NCBI GenBank assembly: GCA_965197645.1
Contig: OZ240219.1
Location: 1,472,001-1,536,000, forward strand
DNA length: 64,000 nucleotides
Direction: 5' to 3'
Source of the DNA: Dehalococcoidia bacterium
GTDB lineage: Bacteria > Chloroflexota > Dehalococcoidia > Plut-88900
The stretch's first letter is position 1. Each line of letters opens with the position of its first letter. The notes beneath the pieces are model-generated. The model was not told where the DNA came from, searched no databases, and was given only the letters and a program-made list of their open reading frames with translations. Shown here in pieces: positions 39,327 to 49,614 of this stretch. A program made the position numbers and the translations under genes.

Positions 39327-40340
39327 TTGTTAACTAAGCGAAAAGAAGCGATCCTGAACTCGATTGTAAGTGGTTACATCGACACAGGGATTCCCGTAGC
39401 ATCCCAGATCATCGCCAAGAACAAGAAAGTTCAGGTAAGCTCGGCCACAATCCGATCTGAGATGGCGGGCCTGGAAGAGGAAGGGTACATCCTCAGGCCT
39501 CACACCTCGGCGGGTAGTATCCCCTCGGACAAGGGATATCGATACTACGTAGAGCACGTGACCCATCGAGAAGCACTCGCGCCCCAGGATAAGCAACTCA
39601 TCCTCGAGGAGTTCAAGCCCGCAGAGTTGGACTTGGAGAAGTGGGTACGGATCGCGGCTACAGTGCTGCCTCAGGTGACCCACAATCTCGCCCTGATCAC
39701 CATGCCAAAGGCCACCGAGGTGAGACTGAAAAGAATCGAGATAGTCTCGGTGCAAGAACTGGTAATAATGCTGATTCTGATCTTCCGAGAGACCAGGATC
39801 ATCCGGCACCTGCTTCCCTTGGATGAGCCAGTATCTCAGCAGCAACTCACCAGAATGTCCAACAAACTCAACGATCTCTTCGAGGGCGTGAACCAGGACG
39901 AGATCAGCCCGTCCGAAGCGGAGCTCTCCCCCATCGAAAAGCGGCTCATGAGCACAGTCAAAGAGTTGATGGTCAACGAGGAGCAGAAGAACTTCGATGA
40001 ACCCTACCTGGACGGGTTGCACCAGTTGTTCGAGCAGCCCGAGTTCTCCAAGGCGGAGGTCTTGCGGGACCTCATAGAGGTCATGGAGGCGCGAGGGTAC
40101 CTGCGGGAGCTCGTGGAACAGGTCTACTCTGCCGGGGTACAGGTGGCCATTGGAGAGGAGTTGGGGGATGCCAGTGTACGCCACTTTAGCCTGGTGATCG
40201 CCGAGTACGGTGTCAAGGGACAGATCAAAGGCGTAACGGGGTTACTGGGCCCCACCAGGATGGACTACGTGAAGAACATATCGGCGGTCAATTTCATGGC
40301 CGATCTGATGAGCCACATGACCGAAGAGGTCTACCGTTAA
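39327..40340 (+). CDS. hrcA: Heat-inducible transcription repressor
   Basis: SSATIRSEMAGLEEEGYI..PHTSAGSIPSDKGYRYYV, GPTRMDY; AAGGAGG SD before TTG 39327. Confidence 0.95.
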   Translation: MLTKRKEAILNSIVSGYIDTGIPVASQIIAKNKKVQVSSATIRSEMAGLEEEGYILRPHTSAGSIPSDKGYRYYVEHVTHREALAPQDKQLILEEFKPAELDLEKWVRIAATVLPQVTHNLALITMPKATEVRLKRIEIVSVQELVIMLILIFRETRIIRHLLPLDEPVSQQQLTRMSNKLNDLFEGVNQDEISPSEAELSPIEKRLMSTVKELMVNEEQKNFDEPYLDGLHQLFEQPEFSKAEVLRDLIEVMEARGYLRELVEQVYSAGVQVAIGEELGDASVRHFSLVIAEYGVKGQIKGVTGLLGPTRMDYVKNISAVNFMADLMSHMTEEVYR

Positions 40341-40357
40341 TCGCGGGACGAACCGGC

Positions 40358-40999
40358 GTGGACATGGCTGTCGAGGAGAACCAGAAATCGGAAGGGGCTG
40401 ATGCCTCGAACGAAGAGTCTAACTCTAACGAGTCCGGCTCGGAAGAAGAGCCGCAAGTAGCCTCCCTCGAAGAGAGCCTGAAGAAAGAGAAGGAGCAAGC
40501 CGAGAGATATCTGGCCAACTGGCAGAGAGTTCAAGCGGACCTGGTCAACTACAAGAAGAGGGTAGAACAGGAAAGATCGGAATCGGCGAAATACGCCAGC
40601 TGGGCGCCGATCAGCAGCCTTCTGCAGGTGCTGGATGACTTCGATAGGGCGCTGCGAAGCATGCCCGCCAACCTGATGGGGTTGACCTGGATAGAAGGGG
40701 TCTTCCTCATGCAGAAGAAGCTCCAGACGATTCTGGAAGGGCAAGGCCTATCGGAAATCACTGCCTTGGGCGAGGACTTCGATCCGAACCTCCACGAAGC
40801 CGTAATGTATGGGGAAGGTGAGGAGGGCAAGGTGGTGGTGGAACTTCAAAAAGGGTACATGTTGCATGATAGGGTCTTGCGGCCATCGATGGTGCAAGTA
40901 GGCCAGGGGACCAGTTCCCAGAACGAGACCACAGGTACAGAAGGGGCGGAGGAAACCGATGGCGGCCCCATTGACAGCCAGCCCGGATCATCCGATTAG
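40358..40999 (+). CDS. grpE: Nucleotide exchange factor GrpE
   Basis: QRVQADLVNYKKR, LDDFDRAL, FDPNLHEAV, KGYMLHDRVLRPSMVQV. Confidence 0.96.
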   Translation: MDMAVEENQKSEGADASNEESNSNESGSEEEPQVASLEESLKKEKEQAERYLANWQRVQADLVNYKKRVEQERSESAKYASWAPISSLLQVLDDFDRALRSMPANLMGLTWIEGVFLMQKKLQTILEGQGLSEITALGEDFDPNLHEAVMYGEGEEGKVVVELQKGYMLHDRVLRPSMVQVGQGTSSQNETTGTEGAEETDGGPIDSQPGSSD

Positions 41000-41035
41000 C
41001 GGTTCACTGGCGCGCAACCTTAGAAACGTAAGCTG

Positions 41036-42154
41036 ATGAAGACCAAAGCTGATTACTACGAGGTACTGGGGGTATCCAGGAACGCCACGGTCGAGGAGGT
41101 CAAAAAGGCGTTCCGGCGGCTGGCATTCCAGTACCATCCCGATAGAAACAAGAGCGCCGGCGCCGAGGAACGGTTCAAGGAGATCAACGAAGCGTACGAG
41201 GTGCTGAGCGACTCCGAAAAACGTGCCGCTTACGACAGGTTCGGACATGTGGGCACAGGGTCATCTTACGGACGCGGGTTTGAGGGAGCCGGCGGCTTTG
41301 GCGGATTCGGTGATATCTTTGATGCATTCTTCGGCGGCTCGACCAAGGCCAGGACCGGCCCGCAACGCGGCGCCGATCTGAAACACACAATCTCGATATC
41401 CTTTGAGGACGCCGTTTTTGGATGTGCCCGGGAATTCAACCTGGAACGCACCGAGGTGTGCAGCCACTGCCGAGGAGACCGCGCCGAGCCGGGAACCAAC
41501 CCGGTGACCTGCTCTAACTGCAATGGCTCGGGCGAGGTGCGACGAGTGCAGCAAAGCCTCTTCGGGCAGTTCATGAACGTTTCCCCCTGCGACCGGTGCC
41601 GGGGCCAGGGCAAGCTGATCACTACGCCGTGCAGCCAGTGCAAAGGGTCCGGTCTGGAAAGAAAGTCTCGTAGGATATCGGTGAAGATACCCGGCGGCGT
41701 CGATAATGGCTACCAGATCAGGCTTTCGGGCGAGGGCGAGCCGGGCTCGCGAGGCGGAAACCCCGGTAACCTGTATGTCAAGGTCCAGGTGAAAGAACAC
41801 GAGATATTCGAGCGCTACGGCGACGACATCCTGGTGGAGTACCCGGTCAACTTTGCCCAGGCGGCTTTGGGGGATGAGGTGGAGATCCCAACCGTTGATG
41901 GGATGGTGATGCTGAAGATTCCGGAAGGCATTCGGGGCGGTAAAGCCCTGCGGCTGAAGGGTAAGGGATCCTACCGGCTACGAAAGAGCGGAAGGGGAGA
42001 CCAGTTGGTAATTATCGACGTGGTAACGCCTTCATCTCTAAGCAAGCAAGAGAGGAGCCTCTTTAACGAGCTTTCCGACACACTTGAGAAGCCCGGAGAA
42101 AACGGCGGTAACGGAAAGGGCTTGCTAGAGAAGATCAAGGGCGCTTTTTCCTAA
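41036..42154 (+). CDS. dnaJ: Chaperone DnaJ
   Basis: J domain with HPD, G/F-rich region, four CxxCxGx(G) repeats. Confidence 0.97.
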   Translation: MKTKADYYEVLGVSRNATVEEVKKAFRRLAFQYHPDRNKSAGAEERFKEINEAYEVLSDSEKRAAYDRFGHVGTGSSYGRGFEGAGGFGGFGDIFDAFFGGSTKARTGPQRGADLKHTISISFEDAVFGCAREFNLERTEVCSHCRGDRAEPGTNPVTCSNCNGSGEVRRVQQSLFGQFMNVSPCDRCRGQGKLITTPCSQCKGSGLERKSRRISVKIPGGVDNGYQIRLSGEGEPGSRGGNPGNLYVKVQVKEHEIFERYGDDILVEYPVNFAQAALGDEVEIPTVDGMVMLKIPEGIRGGKALRLKGKGSYRLRKSGRGDQLVIIDVVTPSSLSKQERSLFNELSDTLEKPGENGGNGKGLLEKIKGAFS

Positions 42155-42175
42155 CGGCATATTTTAGGCAAGAAC

Positions 42176-42208
42176 TTGCGGCCCTCCCAGATTCTGGGAG
42201 GGCCGCAA
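42176..42208. terminator. Hairpin/terminator after dnaJ
   Basis: TTGCGGCCCTCCCAGA/TCTGGGAGGGCCGCAA perfect inverted repeat; no U-tract. Confidence 0.65.
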
Positions 42209-42320
42209 CGCGTCGGTTAGACTGAGCACTTCCAACCTACATGGTCTATCGATCGGGTTTGGTTGCTATAATGCCGTTCGGTCATCTAGCCTGGAGTTGT
42301 TGCACACGGAAGGACTGGCC

Positions 42321-43208
42321 TTGGACTGGTGTGAGATCAGCATAGAGGTGGACCGGGAGTTCGTCGAACCGGTGACGGAGATGTTTCGACGCTATGGCGG
42401 CCGTGACGTGGTGCTGGAGTATTCCGAGCCGTCCAAGTTCTCGAAACAGGTGCTGGTCAAGACCTTTCTCCCCGTGGACGAGCTCCTGCCCGACACCAGT
42501 GCCCAGCTCGACCTGGGGGTGCGGCTGCTGGGCCTTGTACGCCCCGTGGGTGACTTGAAAGACCGGATAATCTCCGAGGAGGACTGGTCGAAGGCGTGGA
42601 GAAAGCAGTTCCACGTGCTGCACATCGGTGAGAGGCTGGTGATATGCCCCACGTGGCGAAACTACTCGGCCAAGCCCGACGAGGTGGTGGTCCAACTGGA
42701 CCCCGGGATGGCATTCGGCACGGGTCTTCACCCGACCACACAAATGTGTCTCGAGCTGCTGGAACGACATATCGAGCGCGGTATGAAGGTGCTGGACCTG
42801 GGCACCGGTTCGGGCATTCTGGCCATCTCCGCAGCTAAGCTGGGAGCGAGCCGTGTTCTCGGCCTGGACATCGATCCGGTAGCTACAAAAGTTGCAGCCG
42901 AAAACGTTGTGCTCAATGGCGTACAGGATAGGGTGAAGATCGAAAAGGGGACCCTAAGACCTTCAGACAAGGGAGTCTCAGGGGAATATGACCTGGTGGC
43001 GGTCAACATTACGGCCAAGGCGATAAGTGACCTGGCGCCATTGATCAGCCGGCGCCTCAAAGAGGATAGGGTGGTGGTCTGCTCGGGGATTCTGGATACC
43101 CAGGCCGATCAGGTGACGGGAGCGTTTGCAAAGCTGGGCCTGGAAACGCTGGATATCGCCTGCGTGGAGGACTGGCGCGGCGTGGTGTCGAGGAAGGAAA
43201 GAGGATAG
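42321..43208 (+). CDS. prmA: 50S ribosomal protein L11 methyltransferase
   Basis: EEDWSKAW, LDPGMAFGTGLHPTT, VLDLGTGSGILAI; TGcTATAAT at 42264; TTG start after AAGGA (ORF track starts at 42297). Confidence 0.94.
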   Translation: MDWCEISIEVDREFVEPVTEMFRRYGGRDVVLEYSEPSKFSKQVLVKTFLPVDELLPDTSAQLDLGVRLLGLVRPVGDLKDRIISEEDWSKAWRKQFHVLHIGERLVICPTWRNYSAKPDEVVVQLDPGMAFGTGLHPTTQMCLELLERHIERGMKVLDLGTGSGILAISAAKLGASRVLGLDIDPVATKVAAENVVLNGVQDRVKIEKGTLRPSDKGVSGEYDLVAVNITAKAISDLAPLISRRLKEDRVVVCSGILDTQADQVTGAFAKLGLETLDIACVEDWRGVVSRKERG

Positions 43209-43212
43209 AAGG

Positions 43213-43824
43213 CTAATCTACGGGTGTCGCTCGGACCAGCTTACGCTCCGTCCCGTCGATGAGGTTTCGTATGTTCTCCCGGTGGGTGAAGATGATCAGG
43301 GCCGGTACGATGACTACCTGGCCGAGGTAGCCAACGGGTCGCTTACCGGCGGCTATCATTCCCAGAAGAGACGAGGCTCCGACCAGGGTGCCCGTCAGCG
43401 AACCCAGCGAGGAGTATCGCCATATGGCGATCACAGCTCCGCCCACTATGGTTGCCAGCAGCGCAGACGGGGGAGCCAGGACATAGAGGCCTCCCAATGC
43501 GGTCAGTACACCCTTGCCGCCCTTGAACCCGAGAAATATCGACCAGAGATGGCCGGTTACGGCGGCCAGTCCCACCAGTACATGACCGGACGGCCTTTCG
43601 AGGGTCGCCTTCGCCAGGTAAACGGGAACGGCTCCTTTGACCAGGTCCAACGCCAGCACGCAGCCAGCGATGCGAGGGCCGGCCGCCCTGTAGACATTGG
43701 CTGCTCCGGTGTTGCCGCTGCCGTGTTGCCGTAAATCGGTGTTTTTCAGCCACCTTACCAGCACGGGGCCCGTCGGTAGAGACCCGAGCAGATAGCCCAG
43801 AAGAACAAGGCCCAGGAGGATCAT
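43213..43824 (-). CDS. plsY: Glycerol-3-phosphate acyltransferase PlsY
   Basis: YLLGSLP, GSGNTGAANVYR, DLVKG, GH..SIF..FKGGKGV, HRENI. Confidence 0.94.
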   Translation of the reverse strand: MILLGLVLLGYLLGSLPTGPVLVRWLKNTDLRQHGSGNTGAANVYRAAGPRIAGCVLALDLVKGAVPVYLAKATLERPSGHVLVGLAAVTGHLWSIFLGFKGGKGVLTALGGLYVLAPPSALLATIVGGAVIAIWRYSSLGSLTGTLVGASSLLGMIAAGKRPVGYLGQVVIVPALIIFTHRENIRNLIDGTERKLVRATPVD

Positions 43825-45134
43825 CGCTCCTGGTTCCTGCGTTCGAAACGCAGCTGAAGGGGGGTGCCTCGGAAGGCGAAGGTCTGGCGAAGGCGGTTCT
43901 CCAGGTACCGTTCATAGGAGAAGTGAAGGAGGCTCGGATCGTTGACGAAAAAGGTGAAGGTCGGTGGGTGGGTATCGGTCTGGGTGGCGTAGAAGATCTT
44001 GATACGCCTGCCCCTGACGTTGGGTATCGGGTTGGTGGCCACCGCCTGCATCAGCACCCGGTTCAGCGCCGAAGTGGCGACCTTCTTTCCCCGGTCCTCG
44101 AATATCTCCTCGGCGGTGGGGATAACCTGATCGGTGTTCTCAGCTTGTAGTGCCGATACATAGAGAATAGGCAGGTACTGGGCAGCCTTGAGACGCCCTC
44201 GGATGAAGGGTGCTACGTCTTCTTCGGTCAGCCCCAGCTCCGGTGCCAGGTCCCATTTGTTCACCACCACGATAACCCCTTTGAAGGCGTCTTTCGTGTA
44301 GCCCCAAATGTGCAGGTCCTGGGAGCTCATCAGCTCGGAAGCGTCGACCACCAGGAGCACTACGTCGGCACGGTAGATGGCCTGCATGGTGCGCAGGACG
44401 CTGTACTTCTCAACGCCCTGCTCTATGCGACCTCTTTTTCTCACTCCGGCGGTGTCTATTAGCAGAAGGGACGTTCCCTGGTACTCTACGTGGGTATCGA
44501 TAGCGTCCCGGGTAGTGCCTGGCACCTCGCTCACGATGGCCCGCTGCTCGCCCAGGATGGAGTTGAGCAACATCGATTTGCCCACGTTGGGACGCCCGAC
44601 TATGGCGATCTTCAGCATATCCTGTTGCGCGGAGACGTTCTCCGCCGGCAGGTGGGTCACGACCCGTTCCATCAGATCGTCCAGGCCCAGGTTATGATAT
44701 GCGCTGATTGGTATCGGATCGCCGATGCCCAGCCTGTAGAAATCGGGCAGATCCGCCTGACGCTTCTCGTTGTCGACCTTGTTGACGGCTAGGACAACCG
44801 ACTTCCGCCTTCTCCTTAGGAGATCGCTGACCTCCAGGTCTGCCGAGGTCAGGCCTCCTACGGCGTCGGCGAGGAACAACACCACGTCCGCATCGTCTAT
44901 GGCGGTGTACACCTGGTCCAGGACGCCCTTTTCGATCTCGGTCTGCGGGCCGGGGTCCAGGCCGCCGGTATCGACCAGGATGAAGTCCCGGTCTCGGTAC
45001 GAGATCAGGGCGGAAACCCGGTCTCTGGTAGTCCCCGGCACGTCGGTGACGATGGCCAGCCGCCTGCCGACAAACCGGTTGAACAGGGTAGACTTGCCTA
45101 CGTTAGGACGCCCTACTATTGCTACGATAGACAT
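43821..45134 (-). CDS. der: Ribosome biogenesis GTPase Der (EngA)
   Basis: Two GRPNVGKS/GTTRD/DT-x-G/NKxD G-domains plus KH-like C-terminus. Confidence 0.97.
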   Translation of the reverse strand: MSIVAIVGRPNVGKSTLFNRFVGRRLAIVTDVPGTTRDRVSALISYRDRDFILVDTGGLDPGPQTEIEKGVLDQVYTAIDDADVVLFLADAVGGLTSADLEVSDLLRRRRKSVVLAVNKVDNEKRQADLPDFYRLGIGDPIPISAYHNLGLDDLMERVVTHLPAENVSAQQDMLKIAIVGRPNVGKSMLLNSILGEQRAIVSEVPGTTRDAIDTHVEYQGTSLLLIDTAGVRKRGRIEQGVEKYSVLRTMQAIYRADVVLLVVDASELMSSQDLHIWGYTKDAFKGVIVVVNKWDLAPELGLTEEDVAPFIRGRLKAAQYLPILYVSALQAENTDQVIPTAEEIFEDRGKKVATSALNRVLMQAVATNPIPNVRGRRIKIFYATQTDTHPPTFTFFVNDPSLLHFSYERYLENRLRQTFAFRGTPLQLRFERRNQER

Positions 45135-45165
45135 CTCAAGTAGAGAACGGGGGAGGTTTGGCTGC

Positions 45166-46080
45166 CTAGCCTCGGCCTAGCAGTTCGGCCAGGATGGCTT
45201 TCTGGATGTGCAAACGGTTCTCGGCCTGATCGAAGACAACCGACTGGCTGTGGTCCAACATGCCCTCTTCGATCTCCTCGCCGGGGTGGGCAGGCAACGG
45301 GTGCATGAAGATCGCCTTCTTTCCGGCCGCGGCCATCAGCTGAGGATCGACCCTGTATTCGGCGAAATCTACCCGTCGTCTCTCCGATTCCTCTTCCTGC
45401 CCCATGCTGGTCCAGACATCGGTGTAGACGACATCCGCTCCGGAGACGGCCTGCCGGATATCGCTCGTGATCTCGATGCTGGCTCCATTCCTGGAGAAGA
45501 GGGATTCTATTCGAGAGAGGACCGGGCCATCGAGCTCGTAGCCTTCGGGGGTTGCTAGCGAGATGCTGGCGCCGACCAGCCCCGCGCCCATGGATAGGCT
45601 GGTAGCCATGTTGTTGCCATCGCCCACGTAACCGATCTTCAACCCTGATAGGTCGCCCTTTACCTCGTGGATGGTCAGCAGGTCGGCCAGGACCTGACAT
45701 GGATGCTCCTGATCGGTGAGACCGTTGATGACCGGCACCGTCGAGCTCTCGGCCAGGGTTACGACATCGGAGTGCCTGAATGTGCGGATCATAATGCCAT
45801 CGACGTAGCGGCTCAACACCTTGGCCACGTCGGGAATGGGCTCCCGGGTGCCCAGGCCGACCTCCTCGGGTGAGAGGTAGATCGTGTGGCCGCCAAGCTG
45901 CTTCATACCCGCATCGAAGCTCACCCTGGTCCGCAGTGACGGCATCCGGAATAGCAGGGCGAGGGTGCGACCGGAGAGGGGTGTAGACTGCTCACCCTTC
46001 TTCAACTCCTTGGCTCTATCTATGAGCGACCAGACGTCATCGGTCGAGAGGTCGGATATGGAGATAAGGTTCCGATTCAT
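45166..46080 (-). CDS. argF: Ornithine carbamoyltransferase
   Basis: PSLRTRVSF, HPCQ, GDGNN, DVWTSMG, HPLPAH, QAENR. Confidence 0.92.
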   Translation of the reverse strand: MNRNLISISDLSTDDVWSLIDRAKELKKGEQSTPLSGRTLALLFRMPSLRTRVSFDAGMKQLGGHTIYLSPEEVGLGTREPIPDVAKVLSRYVDGIMIRTFRHSDVVTLAESSTVPVINGLTDQEHPCQVLADLLTIHEVKGDLSGLKIGYVGDGNNMATSLSMGAGLVGASISLATPEGYELDGPVLSRIESLFSRNGASIEITSDIRQAVSGADVVYTDVWTSMGQEEESERRRVDFAEYRVDPQLMAAAGKKAIFMHPLPAHPGEEIEEGMLDHSQSVVFDQAENRLHIQKAILAELLGRG

Positions 46081-46195
46081 TCCTGGTTCCTCCAGCGTCC
46101 TTCATAATAACCTACTCCTCAACGGACGTTCAACAGACGACATGCCATCATAGCGGTCACCGCTGATCCGATACATCCTTGGGAGTTCGGCCTGT

Positions 46196-49087
46196 TTAGG
46201 CAGTACGCTGGGAACGCCGGTACCAGAACGCCAGCACGACAAGCATGATGGCAAACCCTCCGCACACGCCACCAAGAGCAGGCGTTAGCCAGCCGGCGAA
46301 AGTATCCTCCTCGATCGATGCGGCGGCCATAGCCAACTCGTCGCCATCCAACACGCCGTCCCAATCGCGGTCGATGCCTATGCGGTTCCCGTATCCTACA
46401 GGCACTACTGTGAAGGTGATCTCGTTTCCCGGCGCGGCCCGAGCAAGCAGTTCCTCGTACTCCAGGACATCTCCCGCCCGATCGGACTGGAACTGATTGG
46501 CGCCAACGTAGGTGTAACCCCGAGGGGCCATCTTGTATACGCCCTTGGCTACCAGGTCCACTCTACCTTCCGGCGCCAGGACCAGGGAGTTGGCCAGGAA
46601 CTGGGACTGGGCCGGTGAGAGGTTCGAGCCGTCGGCCACGGTGATCTGCTTTCCCACCGCTGCGTGGGCGTCCAGGCTGGGGGGACCGGGAGGCTCCATC
46701 CGCCCGCCCTTCGGCGCCGGCAGGTCAGAGCCGGAAAAGGCCATCAGGAACGCTATGATGTCGGCCAGCTCCTGCATGTTGTCTATCCCATCGAAACCCA
46801 AACGGAAGAACCGTGGCAGTGAATCGAAGGCGCCATCGTGAGCGAACCCGAATCCGACGAGATTAGTTTTTTGGGTTGTATCGAAGCCTACCCTCTCGTA
46901 TATGTTTCTCAGTTGCACGATCTTCAGGGTGACGTTGTTTGCTCCATCGACCGAGACGAGGCCGTGATGCAGCTCTCCGTTCGGCCCCGGCGGGATCTCA
47001 GCGGATGCAACAGGTCCGATGTTGGGCCCGATACCCGACGGTAGGGTATGACACGTCGAGCAAGAGAAGGGCGTATCGGCGAACTTGGGCGGCAGGAACA
47101 GCTCCAGTCCCCTTTGGGCATTGCCATCGGGCAGTGGAGAACCCCTGACACCGAAGCGACCGACGGCAAAATGCCCCTCCAAAGAGACGTTATCGGGCAG
47201 AGTGTTGTCAAAGTTGCGGAACGGATTGGGCGGAAAGTATATGGTGTGGAGAAAGTCCTCGAACTCCTGCATCTCGTCTGTAGTCAACGGCTCGTCGTCC
47301 CCAAGGAGAGTTAGGAAGGCGGCGTTGAACTCCTCCAAACCATCTCTGTCACCTCGCCAGTGGAAAGGCTCTTTGCCGATGATGTCCTGCAGCGTCTGGG
47401 TGATCATCGGGCCCTTCATCGGGTGCCAGTCCTCGAACCCGCTGCTCAGGCCGGGGTGCCAACGTCCCAGGTTCTGATGCAGAGAATCTTTGACCAGGCC
47501 TGCGGGATTGCCCAGGTCCCAGGCCAGGCGGTCCATCCGCGCGTCCACGTGGCACGAGGCGCATGAGACGTGGCCCAACCCGGATGTATCGTGGGTATTG
47601 TAAAGGTGCCTTCGACCAGCTTTGATCGCAGGAGGCGAAGGATCGAAGAAGGGCACTCGGGCCAGCTCTTGCTCGTCTTTCACGTCGATCACCGAGATGG
47701 CCGACTCAAACTTGTTCAGAACGTAGAGCTGCTGACGAGATTCGTCCAACGCTATGCCGGTGGGACCTTCGCCCACCGAGATGGGCGCTGACCCTATCCG
47801 GGCGCCCGTCTCGTCGATGACCACCACGTTGTTGGACCCCATTCCGGTCACGTAGCCGCGTGTGCCCGCCGTGTTCCAGACTATCCCTCGCGGGTCGCCC
47901 AGCGATCTGTTGCGCTCGGTCTGGGGAATGGTGGGGCCGGCGTAGTCCAGGTGCGGGTTCAAATCTACGACAGAGAGGACCTTCGGTTCCTGGGGCTCGA
48001 CCATGCCGAGGTTGACCCGCAGAAACCGACCGTTCAGGTTGGGCTCAAACCGCACTTCGTTCGTAGCGTCCGTGCCCACTAGGGTGACCAGCCCGGTGCC
48101 GGGGTTCACCGCCAGGGCCATGTTGATGTTCATGATCCTGCGTGCGTAGCGCACGTCGAGGGTTTGAGCGTCGATGATAGCCAGGTCCCTGTCCGGCAGG
48201 TCCCAGCCCCTGACACGCTCGGTCCTGAGCGACTCGTTGCCGCTGATGTATTCGCTCCAGTCGCCCCCGTTATCATCCATCCACCGGCCATCAGAGTCCT
48301 TTTTGACTATGAGGCTGACCTCCGGTGGAGTTGGGTTGTCGGGATTGATCGCAGGATAGAACTCATCCCCCGAGTTGGGTGGCGGGCTTAGACCGCCGTG
48401 AGGGCTGTCATAGTCATCTATCGGGGTCGGCAATGCGGTGGAGTCTCCCGAAATAATCGTCGAGCCGTTGCCGGACTCGAATACGGCTACGTACACTTCG
48501 TCGCCGGACGAGCTTACGGCCATCGCCTTGGGGTCTTCACCTTCTACCTGTATGACCTCCGGCTCGGCTTCCAGGTCCGTCAGGTCGAAGGCTATGACCT
48601 GATTGACCTGCGAACAGGAGACGAATGCCTTCTCCATGCCGCCGGCGAAGATGACGTCGGCAGGTTCATCGGCGGTCCACAGCGTCTTTACTACGCTCAT
48701 CCGGTCCAGGTCCACGATGCTGACAGTGTCCGATATGTGGTTGACGACCCACGCCTCGCTGTTCGTTCTTGCCCTGACGGAGACCGGGTCCAGCCCGACG
48801 GAGATAGCTCCCAGGGGTTCAATGGAGTGAGACGCTATCCGAAAGACCTCCAGACGGTAGTCCGGAGTGTTTACCGCCAGCAATCGGGCGCCGTCGGGGG
48901 TGATGTCCAAAGGGTGGACGTGGGGGGTCTCCCAGTTGACGAAGAAGTCCAGGGGTCCCGTGGGACTGGGCTCGACGTTCGGTAACACTGTCCTCTGCTC
49001 AGTCGCTTCTGAGCAACCCGAGGCTACTGAGCCCAATATCAAGGCTAGACCGAGTACCGGAAGGAGTAGTTTCTTATGCTTCATCAC
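46196..49087 (-). CDS. Lipoprotein with YVTN/YncE-type beta-propeller and diheme cytochrome c (peroxidase-like) domain
   Basis: Lipobox VASGC; VGLDPVSV and VGEGPTGIAL blades; CASCH and CSTCH heme motifs; PFHWRGDR; C-terminal TM plus RR. Confidence 0.8.
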   Translation of the reverse strand: MMKHKKLLLPVLGLALILGSVASGCSEATEQRTVLPNVEPSPTGPLDFFVNWETPHVHPLDITPDGARLLAVNTPDYRLEVFRIASHSIEPLGAISVGLDPVSVRARTNSEAWVVNHISDTVSIVDLDRMSVVKTLWTADEPADVIFAGGMEKAFVSCSQVNQVIAFDLTDLEAEPEVIQVEGEDPKAMAVSSSGDEVYVAVFESGNGSTIISGDSTALPTPIDDYDSPHGGLSPPPNSGDEFYPAINPDNPTPPEVSLIVKKDSDGRWMDDNGGDWSEYISGNESLRTERVRGWDLPDRDLAIIDAQTLDVRYARRIMNINMALAVNPGTGLVTLVGTDATNEVRFEPNLNGRFLRVNLGMVEPQEPKVLSVVDLNPHLDYAGPTIPQTERNRSLGDPRGIVWNTAGTRGYVTGMGSNNVVVIDETGARIGSAPISVGEGPTGIALDESRQQLYVLNKFESAISVIDVKDEQELARVPFFDPSPPAIKAGRRHLYNTHDTSGLGHVSCASCHVDARMDRLAWDLGNPAGLVKDSLHQNLGRWHPGLSSGFEDWHPMKGPMITQTLQDIIGKEPFHWRGDRDGLEEFNAAFLTLLGDDEPLTTDEMQEFEDFLHTIYFPPNPFRNFDNTLPDNVSLEGHFAVGRFGVRGSPLPDGNAQRGLELFLPPKFADTPFSCSTCHTLPSGIGPNIGPVASAEIPPGPNGELHHGLVSVDGANNVTLKIVQLRNIYERVGFDTTQKTNLVGFGFAHDGAFDSLPRFFRLGFDGIDNMQELADIIAFLMAFSGSDLPAPKGGRMEPPGPPSLDAHAAVGKQITVADGSNLSPAQSQFLANSLVLAPEGRVDLVAKGVYKMAPRGYTYVGANQFQSDRAGDVLEYEELLARAAPGNEITFTVVPVGYGNRIGIDRDWDGVLDGDELAMAAASIEEDTFAGWLTPALGGVCGGFAIMLVVLAFWYRRSQRTA

Positions 49088-49147
49088 CTGGCCTCCCTTC
49101 TTCCCAAACGGCCGGGTCTGCGAACCGATGGTGAGAAAATGAACAAT

Positions 49148-49187
49148 TATAACAGAATGTTATATGGTGAATAACCGAATGTTATAT
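49148..49187. promoter_or_regulatory. Tandem palindromic operator (ATAAC-N5-GTTAT twice)
   Basis: ATAACAGAATGTTATAT (49149) and ATAACCGAATGTTATAT (49171), 22-bp period, in an AT-rich tract upstream of the cytochrome lipoprotein. Confidence 0.65.
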
Positions 49188-49466
49188 TGTAACGTACCGT
49201 GCACACTTCGACCGTTTTGTGCCTACGACGACCCGGTTGGAGATGCGGCGAGCCGGTTGCGGCAGGCCTCGGGAGCAGCTCCATCGACCCATCAGGGAAC
49301 TCAAGATGAGAAGTCGAGGTAAGCTGTCGCCGGACTGTGCATCAAGGAGATTGTGGGAGGTGCCGTGCGGGGCGTCCTTCAGGCGTTTGCAAAATGCCGG
49401 CAAAAGGGATATCGTCAGCCCCGTCTGAGTCACGGTTTGTGTGAACGCAGGCGGGCAATCGGGCTC

Positions 49467-49553
49467 GCCGAGGTGGCGGAATTGGCAGACGCGTCGGACT
49501 TAAAATCCGATTCCCCTAGGGGAGTGAGGGTTCAAATCCCTCCCTCGGCACCA
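49467..49553 (+). tRNA. trnL: tRNA-Leu(UAA)
   Basis: Acceptor GCCGAGG/CCTCGGC-A-CCA; anticodon arm TCGGA-CTTAAAA-TCCGA; long variable arm; GGTTCAAATCC T-arm. Confidence 0.97.
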
Positions 49554-49614
49554 GCGTATCACGGTCCACTTATCTTCCGGGTAGAGGAAGGCTGTTGACG
49601 GAAAGGAGTCTCTA

